A stretch of 64,000 nucleotides of DNA from Lama glama (Eukaryota), in contig CM052818.1 in the NCBI GenBank assembly GCA_028534125.1, forward strand, positions 47,990,001 through 48,054,000, written 5' to 3'. How positions within the stretch are numbered: the stretch's first letter is position 1; the number at the start of each line of letters is the position of its first letter. A program made the position numbers and the translations under genes. Below are positions 12,864-25,326 of this stretch, one piece after another. Below the pieces are notes generated by a model. The model saw nothing but the letters and a program-made list of their open reading frames with translations, did no database searches and was not told the origin of the DNA.

Positions 12864-13529
12864 AAGTGCATTTCAAATCACAATTAACCCAGGACAGTCT
12901 TCTTTAAAGGGCCAGGCTTCAGGTAAAGGTGAGGTATTCTGCTGAGCTGAACATCGCACTGGTAACAATTAGAAACTCCGGACAAAAATTGAAAACAAAA
13001 TTGTATGAGGGCTTTGGAGGGCAACCCCGAAGAGCCAGAATTTGAAGATGATGTGACCCTTCGAACTGGATAAGATCCACATTTATACATCTTTTCCCCG
13101 GAGGACACGCTCCAGGCCACGTGGGGTTCTTGTAACTTCAGTTCTTTCCTGCATATAACTCATACTTTCCCTTCCGTGCATCTGGGATCTTGCTGTTTTG
13201 CAGGAATGTTCTTGTTCACTCCAACCTGTTCAGATTACTTTCACCCTTTCAAGCCGAGCTAATGGCCCAATTATTAGTGAAACCTCTCCTGACCCTGCAT
13301 AACTTTCCCTTCTCCGATTTCCTAAAGGCCTTGAAGTATGCGCCCCTCATCTGCTTCTTTCTATATGCAATTTCTTATTTGATTATCCTTCAGAACAAAA
13401 TATCTCCATCCTTACTAGAGTCAAGTGCCTGAATCGATTGTCTCCTGGCTTTCTGCTGCACTCTTTAAGAGCACTGCGATCTCATTTCTGAAAGGTTTAC
13501 CTTCTTTGAACATGTTGAACTTTGAAGAG

Positions 13530-13695
13530 AGGTGTGCCTGGGAGTGAATTCTGGCTCTGACTTTTGACATAATGCCATCTCTATGAGCCCTACCATTTTC
13601 AGTTGTGAAATGAGAGTGATGACAGTACCTACATCGCAGGGTTGTGATGTGGCTTGAGAGATTAAGTGCCTGGTACTAAGTAGACATTCTTTCAT
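13530..13695 (+). mobile_element. MIR SINE
   Basis: cctgggagtgaattctggctctgac...tgtgaaatgagagtgatgacagtacctacatcgcagggttgtgatg...agtgcctggtactaagtag. Confidence 0.75.
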
Positions 13696-13729
13696 TGCAA
13701 GCCCCAGCCCCTTTGCTCAGAGCCCATAT

Positions 13730-14113
13730 GGTAGACTCCACAAGTAGTGCAAGTTCTCCCCATCCTGACTTTGTGCTTGGCTGTTGGGACATTAGCAGTC
13801 AGGACTCGAGCGGGGACTTGAACGGCATGTGCGCTTCAGGGCTTGTTCTGACTTGTGCTTTGATGGAACACTGAGACCCCACAGTAAGGAGTCCAGGCCA
13901 GCTTACTAGGAAGGAAAGACCCCATGGAGTAGACGGGAGCCTTCCCCAGGGAAGTCCCCCCAGGCCAAGCAGCCTATGTACTTCCAGACACGTGGAGGCA
14001 GGATACCCAGATCGAGGTCAGCTAACCCACAGCATTGTAAGAACCAATAAAAGGTTACTATTTTAAGCCATTGTTTTTCAGGGTAATTTGTTACACAGCA
14101 AAAACTAACTGAG
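13730..14113 (+). mobile_element. MLT1 (MaLR) solo LTR
   Basis: Ends ctaacccacagcattgtaagaaccaataaaaggttactattttaagccattg...taatttgttacacagcaaaaactaactga, the characteristic MLT1 3' terminus. Confidence 0.8.
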
Positions 14114-14559
14114 CCAAGTGTGGCAGAACATCTTTGAGAGGCAAATAGCATACACCTGTGACTTATTAGCATGAGTTTATCAACAGAAATTTCAGAAAGT
14201 AAGAATGTATCAACTTCGGTTTCACAAAAGTTCAGCCAGCTCCTGAAGTATATATAGATCAGGCTTTTATGGTATCAATATACATATATTAAAATATTCA
14301 GAAATTCATTCCCAATCATTTACGTGGAGTAATGCAATAACAGCCTATCTGGTATAACTATCCAATCTGACCTCTTCCAACAGGTTCTCAAAAATAGAGT
14401 CAAGATTTTAAATTTTAAAATAGAGTCAAATTTAAAAAATGAACACATGCCTCTCCCTTCCAATCCCTGCCTGCTTATTAAAGATTATCTCGTTCCCAAC
14501 GTGAAGCCTGTATCCCCAGTAGACTCCCGGGGTCCTGCTGGAGCCAAGCACAGTCTAGA

Positions 14560-14990
14560 TGCCATGCCCAGCCTCATCACCCGTGTCTCCCTCTCAACTC
14601 TTCTGCTCTGTGCTGGCCACCCGGCACTCTTCACACCTTGGTGAGCTACAGGTGCGCTCCAAGCACCCTCCTGCCGCAGGGCGGCCTTTCAGTCTAGTGT
14701 GTATCCCCCATGCTTGATGTTGTTCATTCATACTCATCCTTTGGATCTTAATTCAATAATAATTTACTTGAAGAAGCTTTCCTAATTTCTACTTCCAGCC
14801 CTGAATTTATTTCCAGCTCCATTATGGCCTCTTGGCACCATATTCCTTTGTGAGCAATTGACATTTTTATTATCTCAAGTCCTGGTTTAATGTCTTTCTG
14901 CCCCGTAATGTGAAATGATCCCTGAGAAAGGACACTAAGTCAACTTTTCTCACAACTGTAGTCTCAGTACATAAGAGAGCTCTAGCTCAA
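14560..14990 (+). mobile_element. L2 3' region
   Basis: Pyrimidine-rich; tactcatcctttggatcttaattcaa...gaagctttcctaa...tttaatgtctttctgcccc...tgagaaaggacac...ctgtagtctcagtac. Confidence 0.65.
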
Positions 14991-15529
14991 GATAAATCCT
15001 CCAGCCTCTAACTCCGATCATGACACAGTGGACCCTCTCCTGCTTCTGTAAACATCAATAGCATGGGCAATAGCTACGATGTGAATGCTCTCCAGCTTCC
15101 AAAGGGACCGTGGTCCTTGGGGAAAGGAATGGGCACCAAGAAAACCTACAACAGCCTCAGCTTTCTGCCTGGGGACACTTTTCTTCTGCTGTGGAAAGAA
15201 TTGGAACCCAAGCAAAGCAACTGTGTGGCTAAGCTGAGAAGGCAGAAAGGGAAGTCCTGGGATGCTGCAGGGATGGGAGTCTATAGGCCAGTGCATGGGA
15301 GAGGAGGTTGCTGGGCAGAGTGGAGGCCCTGGAAGTCTGTGTGGGGACTCACTGCAGGCCAGAGGACAAAGGCTGCCCCATGCACATGCGGGAGGTTCCC
15401 TGAGGCCGAGCAGAGTTTGCCTTTGCAGAGCTGAGAATGAACAGAGAGGCAGAGGTCAGGAATGTTCACTGGTGTCTTAACTAAGACCACGGCAAGTCTG
15501 TATATTAGGTGTAGGGCTTGTGTCCTAGA

Positions 15530-17190
15530 AAAGGGTTCGGCAAACAACAAGCACAAGAAATCTAGTGTGAATATATAAATAGAGGACAAAGGAGACTTCA
15601 AGACAGGAAGTATGACCAGAGACAAGTTAGGGGCATTACGTAATAATTTAGTCAGTTCATCAGGAAGACAGCAATCAAGAATGCTTATGTACTCATGACA
15701 GCACTTTGAAATACATGAAACAAAACTGACACAACTAAGAGAAGAAAGAGAGAAGCCCACATCATAGCTGGAAATGGTGCACTTCACCCTCAGTAATGCA
15801 CAGAACTAGATAAAAAAGTGAGTAAGTATATAGATTTGAATAAGGATATTCCACAATGGGGCACAATTAAAATTCAATAATAATAAAAGACCTAGGACGT
15901 TTTCAAGTATTTGAACATTAAACAACCCACAGTGTAGGTCAAAAAGGACATCACAAGAGGAATAAGATTGTACTTTAACATAATTATGATAAAAAGACAG
16001 TCTATCAACATTTGGGGAATTCAACTAAAGGAGTGCTTAGAGGAAAGTTGATAGATTTGCATGTTTAGATTTGATACGGAAAACAGTTTAAGAATTGACA
16101 ATCTATGTTTCCATCTAAAGATGCCAGAAAAGTGAAAGCGACTTAAACACGAAGTAAACAGAAGGAAGAATGTCCTAAATATACCAACGAGAGATCAATA
16201 AAATAAGACACAGGCAAATAATAGAGAGAGATAACAGAGGCAAAAGTTAACTCTGTGACAATTGACCAATTAAAAATGCTCAAGGGAAAAAAACCCCACA
16301 AATTACCAACATCAGGTGTGAAAAAGGAAATATCTTGCCACATCCTACAGAAATTTCAAAGATATTTATGCAGTATCATAACTTTATATGAATAAATTCA
16401 ACAACCTGTGCCAAATGAATGAATATCTTGAAAGAAAAAAAATCAATTAACCAAAACAGACACAAGAAGGAATAAAATCGGACTAGCTCTATACTTACTA
16501 AACTATCAAGTATGCAGTAAGAAAGAAAGAGAACCTTGTTACAATCAAAACGTCAGGCACAAAAGTTTCACTGATCGACTCTATACAAATTAGTAGAGAT
16601 AATTCTATCTTCCACAAAAGATTTTAGATAATAAGGAGGCAGGGAAAATTTACTTCAGTTCATTTTATGGAGCCAGCTTAAAGCTCACACAAAAATCTTT
16701 AAAATGAACTTATGAAAAAAATATATTAATAGCTGATATCTACTGTAAACCTACATACCAAAATGCAGAATTTAATATCAGCAGAGAAGCAAGTGGGGCC
16801 CCGCGAATGCCAGGTAGGTAAAACATTCAAAAAACCTGTAATGGCAGTTCACCGCCTCAACATAACAAAACATGAAGAAGTAAACATGATTACCTCACTA
16901 AATAAAGAAAACGCATACACAATAATTCTGCTCCTATTTATGAAAAAAACTCACAGTCAATGTGAAACCCAACAAAGGGCACCTGCCCCAAATCTGCAGG
17001 TAACTTCATAGCTAATGATGAAATATTAAGCGTGGTTCCTCTAAGTTGGGGCCAAGGTGAGGATGGTCAGCTTCAGCGCTCTTATTTATCATTTTACTGG
17101 GTACCAGCCAGCAGAGTGCAGAAAATTAATGAGTCAAGGTGTCTTGTTTGGAATTGAAGGAAAAAGCCTGCATTTGTCATAGATGACTTG
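15530..17190 (+). mobile_element. Decayed L1 ORF2 fragment (endonuclease to reverse transcriptase region)
   Basis: A-rich plus strand with remnants gacttcaagacaggaagtatgaccagagac, caggaagaca, ttgaaatacatgaaacaaaactgac, agtgcttagaggaaagtt and gtggggccccgcgaatgc; ends near a degenerate FADD-coding motif (tttgtcatagatgac). Many stops and frameshifts. Confidence 0.85.
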
Positions 17191-17429
17191 TTGTTTGACT
17201 GGTTGCCTTGTTTCGCTTGTATTTCCGTATTGCCATTACAGGAGGACGCTTCATCTCATAAACTGGGTATTACCACCCTCTCCAGCCAAGCCTCATCCTG
17301 GGCTATAAAACGATGCACATGGAGTTCACCTCTTCATCCGAGGGGACCCAGCGCTGGGGTAGCCTCATCACTCACATTCGGGACCCCGCCCCCTCTCGCA
17401 CGCCTGCTCCCCGGGCCCTGCTCACACCA

Positions 17430-17690
17430 TCGCCCTCTCAGCCTCTCTCTCCCTCTGAACCACAGCCTCCATTCCTTCTTTTATGTACCATGCACGTGAC
17501 TTTTAAAACATGACGTATATTCTTCCTGGTCTGTCCGCCTCGTCTCTATTAGAGAGCACTTTCCACGAGGTCAAAGAGCTGGTGCAGCTCCTGTTGCTGG
17601 TCGGGCGATGTTTCCCACGGGCCTGGGACAGAGTCTGGCCACATGGTCGGCTCGCGATCATTTCATGGGAATAAATTCGCGAATGAACGG
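17430..17690 (+). mobile_element. L2 3' end (GC-shifted)
   Basis: gtctgtccgcctcgtctctattagagagcactttccacgaggtcaaagag...gggcctgggacagagtctggccacatggtcggctcgcgatcatttc...gaatgaacgg follows the L2a terminus. Confidence 0.65.
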
Positions 17691-17999
17691 GCTGGACATG
17701 GAGGCCGACCTCGCCCCGAGGAAGCTGAGCCACAGTCATTTTGTTGAAAAGGAAGTTGAAATATACATGTAGGTCCAGTGAGAGCCTTACAGTTGGTCGG
17801 GAGGGACCCCGACTGGGCAGCCAGGGTTGATTAAACGCTTGGAGAAAACAGACCCACAGGCAGACCTCTCCCCGCCCTCCTCCTCCGCTGTGCTGCGCTC
17901 AGCTTCCATTTACCTATTCGGTTTGATGACGAGGAGCAGAATCATTCTATCTTTGGAGGGTGTCCGGGGACCTGGAGTTGCAGCCTGCGTTTTCACTCA

Positions 18000-18420
18000 G
18001 CAGAATTTTTAATCCACAACTTCTCGGAGCTGTGGAGCCCCTGCTGCGTGGCTCACACCTAACAGGCACCAACAGGCCCTGGTGTAAAGCTATTTATGAG
18101 GTGCTCCGCTCCGGCACCTCCGCGCACACCGCACGTCCCCCTAGGCGTGCAGAGCCACGCAAGCCCGGGCCGCCGCAGGGACTACTCAGGCCTTTTCACC
18201 GTGGCTTTACCAGCCGCTTTGTCCCGGAAAGGCAGTCCCCGGTAACAAAGAGGCCTTCCAAGCTGTCCTGCTTTGGAGTCAGGCAGATTCCTTTTCCGGA
18301 CAAGGCTGACAAGGCTGAGAAGGTGATGAGGACCTGGGCACCTGCCTTTAACCACAGCATCAGTGACTTCATGAGGACTTCCGGTAATTAACATGTGGGG
18401 CCCCTGGCAATCGGATACCA
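18000..18420. promoter_or_regulatory. Candidate enhancer/regulatory element (local CpG cluster with TF motifs)
   Basis: About 15 CpGs in 18106-18242; ETS ACTTCCGGT at 18377-18385; RUNX AACCACA at 18350-18356; SOX-like CTTTGT and AACAAAG near 18217 and 18244; TGACTTCA at 18364. Confidence 0.4.
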
Positions 18421-19147
18421 GCTCATTAACCCTTACAGCTACGTTTTCTGAAGGCTGCAGCCATGTTCCTTTATATTCATGTGTTCTTTCCCCTGCTGTT
18501 CCGAGAATACCCGAGCTATAAGCTCTTGTAAAAGAAGCTTGTATTAAAGCATTATTTTTGTTCACACTCCCCGGGGCTTTTTTTTTAAATATATAATTTA
18601 AGGTATGGATTCTTTGCCCTTTCTACCAAAAGGAGTTGGGATGAGAGAAAAGACCCCAGACGTATTTTCAGTCTAACACGTTACTTGCTGCTACCGGGAG
18701 CCTGAGTCCGTGTGTGCTGGCAGGTGTGACAAGGGAACTACGGATTGTCTGTGCAGGTGCAGGTCTGATGCACAGCTCTCTGGTCCCGGGCCCCGGAATG
18801 GGAAGACAGTTTGAAGGGTGTCAGCCGAGAGAGGCTGATGTGGGGTTCTAGGAGGTGAGTGGCCCAAACGAAAAAATGCACGAGGAGTTGCCATACTGCT
18901 GGACAGACTTCAGCCGGAGACACCATGGGGTTAACAGCACTTCATTGCCACAGGGAGGTGCCCCTATGATGCACCTGTCCTGCGTTTATCTGTTTTTTGT
19001 CAACACATGCGCGGTCTGAGTTTCTTTGTTCATTAGGCTTACAGAATAGCACATGCGTACTTCTATTTTCTTTGTTCTAAATCTTATATAATTGACGCAT
19101 GCGTGGAGCAATTATTTACTGCATACTACAAACATGCTCTGTAGTCG

Positions 19148-19229
19148 TGGCCTTGGGTCCCACAGCCTTAACTTATCTCAAGGCTCTGGCCATGGCCTTG
19201 GGTCCCACGGCATTAACTCGTCTCAAGGC
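19148..19229. repeat. Two-copy tandem repeat, 45-bp period
   Basis: tggccttgggtcccacagccttaacttatctcaaggc (19148-19184) versus tggccttgggtcccacggcattaactcgtctcaaggc (19193-19229), 33/37 identical. Confidence 0.9.
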
Positions 19230-19589
19230 CAGCTCACAAAGCGTATGACATCAGTGCAGATGCCGAGGTGCGAGGCCACTGCTTCCCGAGTGCACACACG
19301 CTCCAGGTCCTGGGCTGGGGGCTGGGGACAGTCGGGCTCTCTCGGGGACATGGTAGTTCAAGGCTGGGTCTTCATGTTCTGTGCACTTTACTCCTTATAG
19401 ATGCATTTGCTCCTGTTCCCAGTGACTGTCACTCTCAGTCATAAGCACTTGCCTTGAACAATCACAGAGCCAACAGGTCTGCAGAGGGACCTTAGGTGTC
19501 ATTCCCCAGAGGCACAAGAATGCAGCACCTAGAGTCACAGGGATCAGGACCAGACCCATTCTGTCTCTAATCTGCATGTGTTAATCTCA

Positions 19590-19745
19590 CTCTGTTCCTG
19601 GATCTAGTGCTAATTGGACGTGTACCAGGGTTTCCTCATCTGCAAAATGGAAATAATAGTAATAACAACTTTCTTCTCTGGTTGTTGGACCATTAAGTGC
19701 AATATTCATAGCACTGAGCAAGACATACAGTAACCACTCCTGAAA
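19590..19745 (+). mobile_element. MIR SINE
   Basis: gtttcctcatctgcaaaatggaaataatagtaa...ggttgttggaccattaagtg. Confidence 0.75.
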
Positions 19746-21539
19746 GCAAACTATTACAGCATAGAACTCTTCAGCAGATTAAATAAAATACTTGGCAGAA
19801 ATAGGAAAATCATCTCCCATAATCAACAATAAAATATGAAACACAGACTTAGCCAACCGTGCACAGCTCAGGTCTATGGGCTGTTGCCCCGCTTCAGTCT
19901 GGGCTTCCCCTGACAGTGCAGAGAGGGGCAGGACCATGGTGTCCTGTGGCAGGGCAGGGACAGACTCTAGGAGACGTAGGGATGAACACAGGACAGCCAC
20001 ACTCATGGTGGGTACAGCTGGGACAATTAAGCCCAGGGTTGAAGGAAAAACCAGTAGGAAACTTAGGAAAGACGAGGGGAAAATGACATGGCGGGACTGG
20101 GTAGACATTTGCAAAGTGGATAAAATGGTTCCTATCTCACACCATAGATTTTGAAGCTAGGAGAACTGGCTCTACGTCTTATGAGATGCTTATGAGACAG
20201 TTGCCTTAACAGTAAAAATGGTGCTATGTACTCACTCTCTGAGGTGGTAAAGGTTACAGATGATAAATGCAGGATATTTAACCAAGTCTACTGCTGCTGA
20301 GTTCCTTACGGTCTAGTGGTAACACACACAGAAAGAAATGGTCACACATACCTTAACATAAGTTCATGAGGAAGAGGAACCCTCTTCTGATGTAGCACAT
20401 CACAAAAGAACCTGGCCCTGTTGGGTAAGTCTGGAGACAAGGCCTGGACTGGGGGTTTAACTGGGCCTCAGGATGGGGCACACTTGGAACCTACTGCTTT
20501 GTTCTCTGTTCTGGAGGCTCCAGTTGTACCTGAGAAGAAAAGTGTCTCAGTTGAATCTACCGTTACATAACTTACACTTTAATGAATAGTTCAATGTACG
20601 TAAATCCCACCATGTACTTATGAACGGATATTTTCTTAGACTAGATTCCTAGCACTGCAATTACCTGCTCAAGACGGGAACACACTGCCATATTGCTTTC
20701 TTGGAACCCTATACAATTATGTTCTCAACAGCAGGCTAGGAAAATTGAGAATGAAAGCAAAACAGAAAGACTTGCCCGTATACCACATTCAGTAAGGGTT
20801 AATTCTACATTTTCCTGTTTTAAAATATTTTTTAAATTAAAAAAAATCATAATTTTTTTAGATGAATGTTAAATAGTTGTGATATGTATCAGGATTCTTT
20901 GTTATTAAAAAGTTTTAATCATAAGAAATGTGTTTATGTACACCAATGGTCAGTGGGTAGAGTTATGGCTCATTCCTGCCTTCTGTATTCATTTATCTTT
21001 GATTTCTTCATCAATATATTTTACATTTCATCCAATGATGAAAAAAGAAAAACTCCTAGTCAATCAGCATCAATTCTGACTCATATTAAACATTGTATGA
21101 ATTTCTATGGTGTCACTGATTTCTCTATATTTCAGAGAGACGACATCCTTGTTCAGTTTCTCAAGGGAAGCATGAAAAGTTCTTTTGATAACTTAAAAGT
21201 AGAATTGGAAGAAAAACCTTGAGGGTACACTAGTTAAAACAACTTGGAATGTTATTGTTCCTTTAAATTGATAATTTTTAATATTTGAAAGTAATATACT
21301 AACAAAATAACATTTTTGAAAGGACAGCTTGGTAGCATTAGTCAAATCATCTTTAAGTTTTGCACTTCATAAAATATCTGGATTTAGTGATAAATTGTAG
21401 CATTTAAACTTTTTATCTTCCCAATAAATGCAGCCGTAGGATATCATTATGCAATCAATAGGGCTTATTTATCATTTACTCTGTTTGAAGTTGTAGTTCT
21501 GTTTCATTTTGGGGTAAACAAAACAAGTAAACAGAAATG

Positions 21540-24485
21540 AATACCATTTCTGGGTAGATTAAATAGATGTAATTTCCCTATTGCTTCTGCTAAGTGTAAC
21601 TGAAAAACATGGACATTATAAAAAAAAGAAACCAACATAAGAAGGCTGAAATGTAGACAAAAAAAAAAGATAGGTATCAGCTAGGGACCTCAGGATCCAA
21701 GAAACACACTGTTGTGAGTTCCCTGCTGCTGTTTTGTATCATGTGTTCTATACTTGGAGCTAAAGAAACAAGCAACCTGGAACACCAGTGAGCACAGATG
21801 AGAAAGAAGCCCCAAGAGAACTCTGCTTTCTCTCGAAAGGGAGAGGAAAGGGCGTGCTAGCGAAGCAGAACACTTTGAGACAATAACTGTTCTAATGCAG
21901 GAAAACACCAGAAAGACACATTGGCCACACCTTTACAAAGCCCAGAAGGGCTACGTGGCGAGCTCAGACTCCCTTCCTCGCCAGGCTGTAACCAGGAGTC
22001 CCAGCAGCTGCCCTCAGAGCTGTGCTACAGAAGGTCAGGTAGGGAGCTGGCCCTCTACGCACCCAACAGTAACTGGGTCCTCCCCCGCCACTGCACTGTG
22101 AGCAGAGGCTTCTATCTCCTCTGCAATGACGTACCTTCTCCCTCTTGGGGTGGTGTCATAGGAAGCCTGGCGGAGGATAAACAGTGGTAACAAGGTCAGA
22201 TCGCTCCATTCATGGCACACAGGCCATGTGGGAAGCAGTGATGAATCACTCCCACCCCTCCTGGCCAAAGGAGTATCAACAAAAGCATGGTGAGGGGGTG
22301 GGACTCCCACCACCGCCCAGCAGTAATGAGGAGCCCGTCACCCCTTGAGTGCTGATGGAGGCGGAGTGAAATCTAGACTTCTATCCCTGAGTGACAGAAA
22401 TAAGGCATCAACCTTCCCCTCCCCCCTACACCAGTGTGGTCTCCAAGTAAACCAGCTAAAACAGAAATCTTAAATAAGATCCAGATTTTCATTACTTAAT
22501 ACTGAAACTGCCTGGGTTTCTACTGGAAGTGTGTCACCATACCAGAACCTGAAAAAACATCAAATTAAAGGAAATGAGACAATGAATAGATGCCAACATT
22601 AAGATGACAGAGAAGTTGACAGAGAAATTAGGATCATTTGACAACAATTTTAAAGCAGCCATGATAAAAAGGTTTCAATGAATAATTATGAAAATGCTTG
22701 AAACAAAGGAAAAAAAATCTCAAGAAGGAAATGAAGAAGAAACAAATAGAAACTTTAGAAGTGAAAAATGCAATAACTTAAAAAAAAACTCAATGAATGG
22801 CTCAACAGCAGAATAGACAGGAAAGAACTCCAATGGACTTGAAAACGGAGCAACAGAAATCTGATCAACAAGAAAAAATAGACTGGAAAAATTTTAAGGA
22901 CACTTAACAAACAAAATAACATTTGTATTTTCAATGATTAGGAAGAAAAGGAGAAAGAGGGCTGAAGAGGCAATCAAGGGAATAATGACTGTAAACTCTT
23001 CAAATTTAACAAAAACCATAAACTTACAGATTCAAGAAGTTGAGTGAATCCCAAAAAGAAATTTATAACACAACATGTCATTATCAAATTTCTGAAAATA
23101 AAGATAAAGAAAAAATCTTGAACAGAATGAGAAAGAAATGACACCTTAACTTTAGGGAAAAATCAATTTGAATGATAGCAGATTTCTTTTCAGAAACCAT
23201 GGAGGCCAGAAGGAAAAGACATAATATTTTTTAAGAACGGAAATAAAAAGAATTTTACCCAGAACTCTATATCCAGCAAAAATATTATTCAGTAAAATAG
23301 GGAAAATCTAAACAGAAACTTTTCTAAACAGAAACATCTGAAAAATGAAAGAATATTTGAAAACCAGGAAGGAAGAAACACAACAGATGAGTAAAAATGT
23401 GACTAAATATATTTTTCCTCTGCTTTAGTTATCTGAATTATATTTCATGATTGAGACAAAAAATATAACACTGACATGGCTTTAAATATATGTAGAAGAA
23501 ATATTTAAGGCAACTATATTACAATTGTCATGCGGGAGAACAAAGAAATATAAAGGAAAATGAGTTTTTAATACTTCATGTGAACAAGTAAAATGTCAAA
23601 ATTAATAGACAGCTATACATACTTACATAGTGTAAAACCCAGAAAACTACCAAAATAGCCATACTGACAAATCCACTTCTAAATACAATAAATAAATCAA
23701 AATAAAATTCTAAAAAATGTTCAAGTCATTCAGGGGAAGACAGAGGAAAAAAAAATAAACACAGAGAAATGAAAAGCAGAAAGAACAAACAGAAAACCAA
23801 AAAGTGAAATGATAGACCCAAGTCCTAACATATCAACAACTACATCACGTGTAAAGGGTCTAAATACACAAATTCAAACACTGAAATAAGCAAGGTGGAT
23901 TAAAAACATGAGCCAACTGTGTATCACCTATGAGAAACTCACATCACATATGACAATATAGGTAGGTCGAGAGTAAAAGGATGAGAAAAATATGTCATGC
24001 AAACATTAATCAAAAGAAAAACATGACATATTAACAGATAAAATAAGCTTGTGAGCAAAGAAAATGACCAGAGACTGAGAGAGACTTAACTTAATGATAA
24101 TAGTGTCAATTCGTGAAGAAGACACAGCAATCCTAAATGTGCACGCATCAAACAACATAGCTGCAAATTATACAAAGAAAAATCTTATTACTGAAGGAAG
24201 AAAAAGACCACTCACAATTGCAGTTGGAGAATTTAATACCTCCTCAAAATCAACAGAACAACCGGACAGAAAATAGACTTGAAAAGAGATAAACTCAACA
24301 ATATTATCAATCAAAACATTATCAAAATTTATACAATGTTCCACCTAACAACAGCAGATTGTGAAATTTTTTAAAATGCTCATTAAACATATACCAAGAT
24401 AGACCATATCCTGAGTCATCAAACAAACCCCACCAAATATGAAAGAACTGGACCATTTGCAGCATGTTCTCTGATCGCTGTGGAG
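21540..24485 (+). mobile_element. Ancient L1M element: 5' UTR, decayed ORF1, inter-ORF spacer and start of ORF2 (endonuclease)
   Basis: GC-richer 5' UTR (~21690-22450); ORF1 remnants (tcaatgaatggctcaacagcagaatagac, cagattcaagaagttgagtgaatcccaa, cagaaaccatggaggccagaagg); ORF2 endonuclease remnant translated in the ORF track as SIREEDTAILNVHASNN...TIAVGEFNT (24094-24276). Confidence 0.9.
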
Positions 24486-24519
24486 ACATTACATGTGTAT
24501 TAATAAGCTCTTAATGATA

Positions 24520-24860
24520 TAGCACCACTTTCATAATATCTAATATAAAATGAAACAAGCATATCTATTGACAGTGAAATATACTTTTCTTTATGAATCC
24601 TGGAGAAATACTTACACGTGTTCACAAGGAGGCATGGTTAAAGATGTTCACTGCAACTTTACTTACAATTGTAATAGATTATGAAACACTTAAATGTTTT
24701 TCAGCAAGGCAATGGTTAAATAAGTCTGCTAACACATACCACTGCATAATCCATGATCAAATATGAAGTAGATCCACGTATTTTAACAGGGAGACATATT
24801 TAAAGTATATTAAGTGAAAAAAAGCAAATTAAATGACAACATGGTAAAAATTATCTAATG
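24520..24860 (+). mobile_element. L1ME-type 3' fragment
   Basis: atcctggagaaatacttacacgtgttcacaaggaggcatgg...aagatgttcactgca...gcaatggttaaataag...tattaagtgaaaaaaagcaa. Confidence 0.7.
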
Positions 24861-24867
24861 CCACAAG

Positions 24868-25326
24868 AATCCTGCATCGCAGACCACCACAGAAACTTAG
24901 TGCCTTCCAGGATAAACACCATCAGTTTAGACTGGGCACGACTGGGAAGTTACATCTCAGCTGGGCACCTACACCTGTCTGATGAACAGCTAAGGGTCAC
25001 CTGACCTAGGATGGTCATGGCGGGATGACTAGGGGAACCTGGCTCTATTCTTCACCTGCCTTGTCCTCCAGAAGGACAACACAGACATCTCCTAGGGAAG
25101 ACTGAGGCACAAGGGAGCAAGTGGAAACACACAGGCTTCTCACAGCCTAGCTGGCAAGGGAATATAATTCTTCTGCCTCATTCTATGGCTCAAAAGGAGT
25201 CACATGGATGAGCCCAAATTCAAGGGCTGGAGAAAGAGACTCCGTCTCTTTTATGAGAGAAACCAAAAGGCCATGATAAAGGGGGAGGGGGAGAGATAGA
25301 GTCATTAATGCAATCAACCCACCACA
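24868..25326 (-). mobile_element. MLT1 (MaLR) solo LTR
   Basis: accaccacagaaacttagtgcctt...cttctgcctcattctatggctcaaaaggagtcacatggatgagccca...tgcaatcaacccaccaca. Confidence 0.8.

Noticed and set aside
19148..19229. CRISPR-like repeat-spacer structure
   Set aside because: Only two units, an 8-bp linker, mammalian context and no cas genes. It is a simple tandem duplication.
24094..24276. ORF with an endonuclease-like peptide (…ILNVHASNN…AVGEFNT)
   Set aside because: It is a remnant of L1 ORF2 endonuclease within a frameshifted, dead L1, not a host gene.
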